Shown piece after piece: positions 41,802 to 49,583 of a stretch of DNA of 64,000 bases. The translations under genes and the position numbers were made by a program. The notes beneath the pieces were generated by a model. It saw only the letters and a list, made by a program, of their open reading frames with translations. It did not search any database and was not told the origin of the DNA. The DNA comes from an uncultured Verrucomicrobiae bacterium (GTDB taxonomy: Bacteria; Verrucomicrobiota; Verrucomicrobiia; Chthoniobacterales; UBA10450). Position 1 is the first letter of the stretch. Every line of letters begins with the position of its first letter. The DNA lies in contig CAVSRQ010000011.1 of the NCBI GenBank assembly GCA_963730385.1, positions 54,909 to 118,908 of the forward strand. Direction: 5' to 3'.

Positions 41802-44207
41802 GAGCGCGGCACGATCAACGTGCGCAGCTCGAAGGTGCGACGGCCATCTGCTTCCTGCCAGCAAAGATGCTCCGGATCCGGCAACATCTCCGTCACCTCC
41901 AACTCCCCCGCCTTCGTGAGCCACCGATGAAAGATCTCGAGAGAGAGGTAGCTTTCGAGATCAATAAAGACAGGCTTCGTGTCCTTATCCCGCCCCTCCG
42001 CACCGCTGCGGCGGAGGGTTCCTCTCTGTAGGCCGGATGTAAACGAACCGAGGCCAGCCCTTCGCGGCTCGGAGCTGTTCCATCGCCAAGACTAAATCGC
42101 TGGACATGCCGGTAAAGTTGCCAGATGCGGAGTTCACTCTCGCCGACCGTCCACGCCTCTCTTTGCACGATCACACGCCACACCGTAAGCGCGGCATGTG
42201 CGGTGATGCCGACCGAAGAAGAAAGGATGGAACCCCAGTGGGATGAGCCATGCTCGCGCGAACGAACCCAAATATCTCTTCGTCCCGCGCTCGCGAACCC
42301 CCACATCATTCGTTACTTCATCTACAAAGACCTCCGCTTCTGAGGGGGCAATATGGCGCCAACGGGGATCTCCTCGTTGCGGAGCGACAAATGTCATCAG
42401 ATTCGGCAAGGCATCCATATACCGCACAGCGGTGTGCGCAGTGAAATCAGCCGCGGCAAAGCCGTAGTGAAGACTCGGCATCCCGCCTGTAGCCGCAGCG
42501 AAATATTGCGAAAGTTCGTCGTGATCCGGACAACTCCAATAGCCGCCATGGTGGAGCAGCGCAGGCGGCGGGTGCAGCTCGCCCAAGATCCATTGATACT
42601 CGCCCCGAGCCACCGCTTCCGCTGACCGAGCGCTCAGTTGGAGATCAGCAGATGGAAACGTGTAAGGGTCGAAAGGCTCATACTCGAGCTTTTCACGGAT
42701 AAGCCGACAATCGGCGGGCGTCATGACCCACTCCGCTGCATCTGCTCGGTCGCGAAATGCCTCCCGAAATGCCGCCTTCACTTCCTGGAAAGCGAGATGC
42801 GCTGGCACGACCAAGCCCGCACCAGTAAGAGGCAGATTCAGCCCGGCGCAGTGCTGCAAGAAAGCAGGCAGATCAACCGCTCCGCTCCGGGACGGCGCGC
42901 TCGCCAGAAGCTCCCGTAGCTGAGCGGCGACACGACCAGCCACAAAGGCGTAACAGTCGCGCCAGAGATCGACCCAAGGCGCGGCATCAGTCGCTACTTC
43001 CTGCAACACATCTTCGCCGATCGTAAAATGGCATTCGCGAAAACACTCCTCCCCGATTGGGTTTAACGCCGAGTAGAGAAATCTTTGGCCCTGCACTCTT
43101 TCAATTCCCAAAGTCGACAGCCGATTGCGAGCATCCCGGATCACTTCCTTCCGCTTCGCGACTTCTCCGGTGCGAACCAGAGCAAGACACAAATCTTGCA
43201 GTGGCTGCAAAAAGCTCAGCCAACGCTCGCGCGCTTCGCCCGCTCGCCAAGTTGAGACATCGGTCACCAACTGGGAGAAAGCGAAGGCATCAAGTGCAGG
43301 CACCTCGACTTCCCAAAGGAGTATTCTCGCGTCCGCCAACTCCGCGAGCGCTGGTAGAGGAATGGTGCACGCATGAGCCGGTGTTTTGCCATCACAGCCG
43401 GCAATGAAGAGCAGCGGCACTCGAGGAAAGCGGAAGTGCGTCATCGTGATCGGCGGAAACCCATGCTCCATTCTCGAGGCGGCCGTTTGGATGCAGACGC
43501 GGCGCCAGCTCGGGCCGGACTAACGGGTCTCCGTTCATCGCGGCGGCAACGGCATGCGCGGCCCACCGTTCGACGAAAGCTTCGCGCCTTTGAAATCCTG
43601 CTTCTGGTGCCAAAGCCAAACCCGGGAAACCTTTCTCACTCCGACCCCAACCTGAGGGCCCGAATTCGCTGAAGGTGTCGTTTTTGCCAGCGATGCGTTG
43701 CAGATAAAGCAGAAGGTGGCGTTCCCGTTCTCGAGCCCGCTTATTCCGTGTGGGCAGGACTGAAGTGCCTGCAGGTAACGCTTCAGCCAGAAGATCATGG
43801 ACTCCCGGCGGACCGAAAACAAAATAGCGAGGAAGAATGTCATGCGCAGCGTTCAGCAGTGAACGCCGAGTGCGCGCGAGATCGGATTCCAGCGTCTCGG
43901 CAAGTTCCACTTCCGCCTCCGCCAGACCTTGTCTCGCATTTTGGAGGGCGTGATACTCCGATCGATCGCACGCTAGACCATCGGAAATTTGAGCCTTTAA
44001 CGAACGCTGAAGGGCTCGCTGTGTCTCAGAGGAGAGTCCGTTGTGGCGATCGGCTAGTAGCGTTTCGATGGTCGATCGGGCCCTCTGGAGAAGTGTTTTC
44101 CGTTCAAGGACCGCGCGTGCCGCGTGCGCCGTTTTTGGAGTTTCCAAGCGATCGAAGCACATCGAATGGGACACCCGCCATCCGAATAAGAAAACTCGGC
44201 GCGACAC
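41798..44207 (-). pseudogene. LanB-like protein (lantibiotic-dehydratase N-terminal/glutamylation domain only; small LanB/PEARL-like), interrupted by four +1 insertions
   Basis: RERHLLLYLQRIAGKNDTFSEFGP (compare Y..R...R.TPFG of LanB), ILGELHPPPALLHHGGYWSCPD, ..VIVQREAWTV.. followed by GWPRFVYIRP..DKDTKPVFIDLESYLSLEIF (compare NisB ..ISPAKWKIW..IPKEFYIV..). Four ORF fragments rejoin at C runs 43460-62, 42233-36, 42058-60 and 41989-96. Length minus 4 gives 802 codons. No SpaB_C elimination domain is recognisable. Confidence 0.5.
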
Positions 44208-44321
44208 GATAATTGGACACGTATTAAGAAAATCGAATCACAAGTCGGGTGACAACCTTAAACCCGACATTCGACGATCGTCCCCAAACTGACAGGCGGG
44301 CTAAACCCGCTGCCTGTTAAA

Positions 44322-45495
44322 TCACGCGGCGCTGGACGCAAGCGCGCTCTGATTGAGCAAAGGCAACCGGATGGTGAAAACCGTCCCCACATCCGGCGTG
44401 CTTTCGACTTTGATCGAGCCGTGATGGTCTTCGATCACTTTTTTCGTGATATAAAGTCCGAGGCCGGTTCCGCTGCGGCTTTGCCGGGTGGTGAAGTAGG
44501 GCTCGAAGATTTTCGACATCTGCGCCGGTGGGATTCCGCCCCCCGTATCCTGCACGCGGACATCAATATAAAAATCTTTCGATGAACAGCTGACGGAGAC
44601 GGTGCCTTTGTTATCGGCGGCAGCCTGGACCGCATTCACGATGACGTTCTGAATGGCGCGCTTGACCTGCACGGCATGACCCAAGCACCACGCCATCTTC
44701 TCCCTGCTCGATCTCTAAAGTGACACCGCCTTGCGCGGCGATGGATTCAACTCCTTTGAGCACCTCCTGCACGATCTGAGAGACTGAGACGGGCTGATGC
44801 GCCACTTCTTCTTCGCGTCCGTAACTCTGCCACATGGTGAGCAGCTCCCGACAGAGGCGGACGTTTTGTTCGATGATGTTGAGCTCCTTCGCCGAAGTCG
44901 GATTCTCGTTCCCGTTCTCCTTTTCGGATTGCTCGAGCTTTCGGGCCAATAATTGCACGTATCCCCACACGATGGTGAGCGGGTTGCCCAGATCGTGCAC
45001 GAATTCCGCCGAAGCCTGGCCGAGCGAGGCGAGACGTTCTTTTTGCGCGAGCTCTTTCAGGAGTCGGTTGTTGAGCTCGCGAATTTCCGAAGCGGCAACT
45101 TCGCCCGATCGATGCACCCGCGTGCGCTCTACATTGCGGCTGATCACTTCGCGCATCTCATGCGCGTCAAACGGCTTGCTGATGTAATCATTCGCGCCCA
45201 GGCGGAGTGCTTCTTGCGCCGTCTCCAAAGCTCCGAAACCCGTCAGCATGATCACCGCCACGTGCGGGTCGATCTCCCGGATGCGGCGCAAACCATCAAT
45301 GCCATTTGTGCCCGGCATGCGGATATCGCTCACGACCGCATCGGGTTTCTTTTCGCGCAGGAGACGCAAGCCCGCCTCGACCGTGGTCGCCGTGTGGACC
45401 TGGTAGTTTGGCTTCAATAACATGCGCAAACTTTCCCGCGGACCCATCTCATCATCGATCACCAGGATGTGCGGTAATTCAGGAGTCACGGTCAT
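44322..45495 (-). pseudogene. hybrid response regulator-histidine kinase (REC-HisKA-HATPase), one +1 insertion (probably a sequence error)
   Basis: REC domain (ILVIDDEMGPR..DAVVSDIRMPG..LTGFG..DYISKPF), H box SAEFVHDLGNPLT, and an ATPase domain with DTGGGIP / GTGLGL. The fragments rejoin at CCC 44680-44682 (..DGVVLG|HAVQVKRAIQNV..). Confidence 0.85.
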
Positions 45496-45741
45496 AATGC
45501 AATCACCTCCCCAAGAAGCTAGGTCCGTGCCGTGGAAGACTATTCATGCCGTTCGCAGGGCCGGTGGGGGCCGGGGCTCCGATCTTCTAACAAAGACGCT
45601 CGCTGTAAAGATGCAACTTGTGAATAAGTCCGAAACCTGCTGATAAGTTTCTTTATCCCTCGACTATGAATCATTCGGCACCCCGGTTTGCCTCTGGCGA
45701 CAATATCCACTCCAAACCTTTGAGGGCTGAAGGGACCTGAT

Positions 45742-46980
45742 ATGGCGAGAAACCGCGTGGTGGTGACTGGAATGGGTGTGGTGGCGCCGAACGGGATCGG
45801 ACTCAAACCGTTCTGGAAATCGATCCTAAACGGGGAAAGTGGAATCGGTCCGATTACGCGCTTCGATGCAAGTAGCTTCAAGAGCCGGATCGCGGGCGAA
45901 GTAAAAAATTTCCGTCCGGAGGATTATATCACTCCCGGCGAAAAGCCGGCACGGATGGCGCGGCATACCCAATTCGCATACGCGGCGACCATGATGGCTT
46001 TGGTGGATGCGGGATTCGATCCCGCGTGCCTCGATTTTCCCAGCCCCACCCCGGTAATCATCGGAGTGAGTTCGAGCGCGATGGACGTGCTGGAAAAGGC
46101 TTTCGACGATGTGGGCAAGAAAGGCCCGAACCGTGCCGCTCCGAGCACGGCGGCGCATATGATTCCCCAGGCGGCCGCAAACATCATCGCCGATCGGATC
46201 GGCATTTGTGCGGATTCCGCCACGGTTTCTTCGGCGTGCCCATCGGGTCTGGATGCCATTTCTCTGGCCACAGAAATGATTCGTTCCGGCGAAGCCGAGA
46301 TTGCCATCGCCGGGGGCACGGACACCCCCATTACGCCGCTGGCGCTTTCAATGTTCATCGCTGGGGGAATGAGCTCCTGCCGAAACGATGAGCCGGAAAG
46401 AGCCAGCCGACCGTTCGATCTCGATCGGGATTCTGGCGTTCTTTCCGAAGGCGCAGGAGTCATGGTCCTGGAGAATTTCGAGCGTGCGCAGGCGCGTGGG
46501 GCCGAAATAAAATTCGAAATCCGAGGTTATGGAAAGACACGTGATCGCGAGTCCGGACTCCCCGGCTCCGGGTTGGAACGCTCCATGAACCTGGCTTTGG
46601 CGAATGCCCGGATGGTCAGCCGCGATATCGACTATATTTCGGCCTACGGCCCAGGGCACCCAGTGCTGGACGCGACGGAAGTGCAAAGCATCAAGAATGT
46701 CTTCGGCCGTTACGCTTATCACGTGCCGGTAAATTCGATCAAAGGAGTCACGGGAAACGCGATGGCTGCCGGAGGGCCGTTTCAACTCATCGCCTGCGCG
46801 ATGTCCTTGCGTGATCAGTTAATCGCACCGACGGCTAATTACGAAAATCCGGACCCTGCCTGCGACCTGAGTTTCGCCTCCCAACGACCGCTGCGCACCA
46901 GGATCGAAACCGCGCTGGTGAACGTGCGCGGGATCGGAGGCAGTGCGGCTTCGATGGTGATCAGTAGAGTGCTCTCGTGA
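45742..46980 (+). CDS. beta-ketoacyl-ACP synthase I/II (FabF-like) family protein with non-canonical active site
   Basis: RVVVTGMGVVAPNGIG start, active-site Cys in VSSACPSGLDAI, and a C-terminal KS fold. The two catalytic His positions read ISAYGPGHP and KGVTGNAMAAGG. Confidence 0.85.
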   Translation: MARNRVVVTGMGVVAPNGIGLKPFWKSILNGESGIGPITRFDASSFKSRIAGEVKNFRPEDYITPGEKPARMARHTQFAYAATMMALVDAGFDPACLDFPSPTPVIIGVSSSAMDVLEKAFDDVGKKGPNRAAPSTAAHMIPQAAANIIADRIGICADSATVSSACPSGLDAISLATEMIRSGEAEIAIAGGTDTPITPLALSMFIAGGMSSCRNDEPERASRPFDLDRDSGVLSEGAGVMVLENFERAQARGAEIKFEIRGYGKTRDRESGLPGSGLERSMNLALANARMVSRDIDYISAYGPGHPVLDATEVQSIKNVFGRYAYHVPVNSIKGVTGNAMAAGGPFQLIACAMSLRDQLIAPTANYENPDPACDLSFASQRPLRTRIETALVNVRGIGGSAASMVISRVLS

Positions 46981-47047
46981 AAAACCATCGCAACATGAAC
47001 TCGATCCTTGCCAAAAGCGTCTCCCTTCGAGAGACGAAAAGGTAGCC

Positions 47048-49583
47048 ATGGACTCCGCCACCCTTGCGATTTTGGTCGCGCTCATCATCCAGGTGGCGCT
47101 TGGACTGGCGGTGATGCAGAGCTCCCTGCATCGAAAATCAAACCAGGCCTTTCTGATTCTGTCGGGCGCGATTACCGCGTGGCTAGCTTGCCTTTACCTG
47201 ATCTCGGTTTCCCAAAATGGGGAGTCGGCAGCATTTTATATTCGGCAGGTTTCAGCCGCCGGCGCCCTCATTCTGTTCTCCTTCAACCTGCTCCGAATTG
47301 TCCGTGCAAAAGCCGCGAGTCATCGTGGACGGCAATCTTTCGGGATGTCGTGGCTTTGGACTATTTCGACTGGCTGGTGATCGTGGTTCTGTGCCAGACG
47401 CCGTTTTCATCGAACGGTGTCTCGTTCTCGGTCGACGCCGGCGGCTCAGTCTCCACTGCCATCCCCACGCTATCGCGGTCGGCGTTTATGCATACCTTCT
47501 CTTCTTCGTATCGCTTCCGCCCGACCTCCTCATTCAGCTATGTCCGTGATGTAAAGCAATGCCAGGGGCCGGGAGCGGACCGAGCTCTCGTTTATTCTCA
47601 TCGGGACTGCGGTGATCCTCGGGCTGACCCTCTTAGGATTTAGTCTCCGTCCTTTCGTTCACCAATCGGTCCTGAATTGGCTGGCTCCATTTCGCATCGT
47701 TTTTTTCAGTCTGATCATCGCTTACGGAATCACGACCCGAAAAATTATGGAGGTGAGCGTCTTTCTCCGCCGCTCCATCGCCTACGTCCTCCTGACGGTT
47801 TACCTGCTTGCCCTCTACGGAGCCGTCTGGGGATTGGCCTCCTATGCCGCCCCAAAAATATTTGAAGAAGGTGCGCGCACCGCCGCGCATATCTTCGCTG
47901 CAATCATCGTCGCATTCGCGATGGCACCAGCGCGCGGGATCTCGCAAATCCTGGCAGACCGTCTCTTCGGCGGCGCCCGCCACCTGGATTTTCGCACGAC
48001 CATGAACAAGGCGAATGCCATCCTGCGTTCTGTCAGCACGCTGGACGAGCTCTTGAAAAAATTCGCCGCCACGATCGCAGAAGCGGTGAATACCGATCGG
48101 GTGGTTTTCGTGCTCCCAAGCCGCACGGGCTACGATCAAAATTATCCCGCGCGCGAGGGGCGGGACGGGAGCGATGCCATCCACTTCGAATTCAACGACA
48201 CCATCGTAACCTGGCTGACCAATCATGAGTCGATCGTGCTCGACGAACTCCATCGCAGCCGGCTGACCCCAGAGCTGGAGCAAGTCGCAGCGCGGATGGA
48301 AAACCTCGGGATGCCGATCGCGATGGCTGTCTCCTCCCGTGAGCACCTCGCGGGAGATCATGCTCCTGGGCCCGCGCCTTTCCGGACGAAGTTACGGCAG
48401 CGTGGAGCAAAACGCGTTGCAGGTCTTATGCGGACAGCTCGCGGTGGCGATCGAAAACGCGCAGCTCTTCACCGAGGTGCAGAATGCGAAGCTTTATAAT
48501 GAGACTCTCCTCGAAAACCTGACCAGCGGTGTGATCGCTGTGAGCGCCGATGAACGGGTGACCGTCTTTAACAATGAAGCGGGCGAGATCACCAGTTTGG
48601 TTCCGCGCGAGATTATTGACCGGTCGCTGGAATCGCTACCCCCCGCTTTGGGCGAAATTCTGCGCGCTACTTTGCAAGCAGCGGATCGGCAGGAGAATCG
48701 CGAGATCGTTCTGCAAACGGATGAACAAAGCGTGGTCGTCCGCGCCAGTAGCTCTCTGTTCCATGGCCAGGCCGGCGAGATGCTGGGCGCGCTCATGGTT
48801 CTGACGGACATCACCGCTTTGAAACGTCTGGAGCAACAAATCCGTCGCAGCGATCGGCTGGCCAGTCTTGGCACTCTCTCCGCCGGGATGGCGCACGAAA
48901 TCAAGAACCCGCTGGTCTCGATCAAAACCTTCGCGCAATTGCTCCCCGAGCGATACCAGGACTCCGAGTTCCGCGAGACCTTCTCCAATTTGATCGGTCA
49001 TGAAATCGATCGCATCGACTCGCTCGTGAATCAGCTCTTGCGCTTCGCGCGTCCGGCCAAGCCGCTCCTTAAGCCCATGCACGTGCATGAGGTGCTTGAG
49101 AAATCACTCATGCTGGTCGGCCATCGTCTCTACCAAAAAGAGGTGAAATTGGTTCGAGCGTGGAACGCCGAAGTCGATACAATCCGGGCAGACGCCGATC
49201 AGCTTGAACAGGTTTTCCTCAATTTTTTCCTCAACGCGATGGACGCCATGAAACATGGAGGGGAACTGGCCGTGATCACGGAGATTTGCGGCGCCGAAGG
49301 TTGGCTGGAAGCGCAGAATGGGATCAACGGCGACGCCCAGGAAATCCTGCGCATCACCGTCCGCGACGATGGAGAGGGCATTAAAGAGGCCGACATCGCG
49401 CACGTCTTCGACCCCTTCTTTACCACGAAAGATTACGGCACCGGCCTGGGACTCTCCGTCGTGCACGGGATCGTCCAGGAACACGGGGGCCAAATCGAAG
49501 TCGAGAGCGAGCTCGCGAAGGGCACCTCCTTTCACATTCTTCTCCCCTTGGTCCGCTTCGAGGAGGAAGTCGCGGCGGCATGA
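47048..49583 (+). pseudogene. membrane sensor histidine kinase (multi-TM N-terminus, GAF, PAS, HisKA, HATPase) with 4 or 7 +1 insertions
   Basis: TM-rich N-terminus (frame 2), a scrambled zone at 47.31-47.57 kb, more TM helices plus GAF (47555-48355), then ..IMLLGPRLSGRSY..AIENAQLF, PAS, MAHEIKNPLVSIKTFAQLLPER, DDGEGI and GTGLGLS. The last break is at GGG 48352-48354. Length minus 4 (or minus 7) is divisible by 3. Confidence 0.75.

Noticed and set aside
41893-44207. Treating 43392..44207, 42134..43471 and 41893..42309 as three separate overlapping genes.
   Set aside because: Their translations are consecutive pieces of one LanB-like protein. They rejoin after removal of single bases in C runs, and a fourth shift is needed to reach the stop that overlaps parA.
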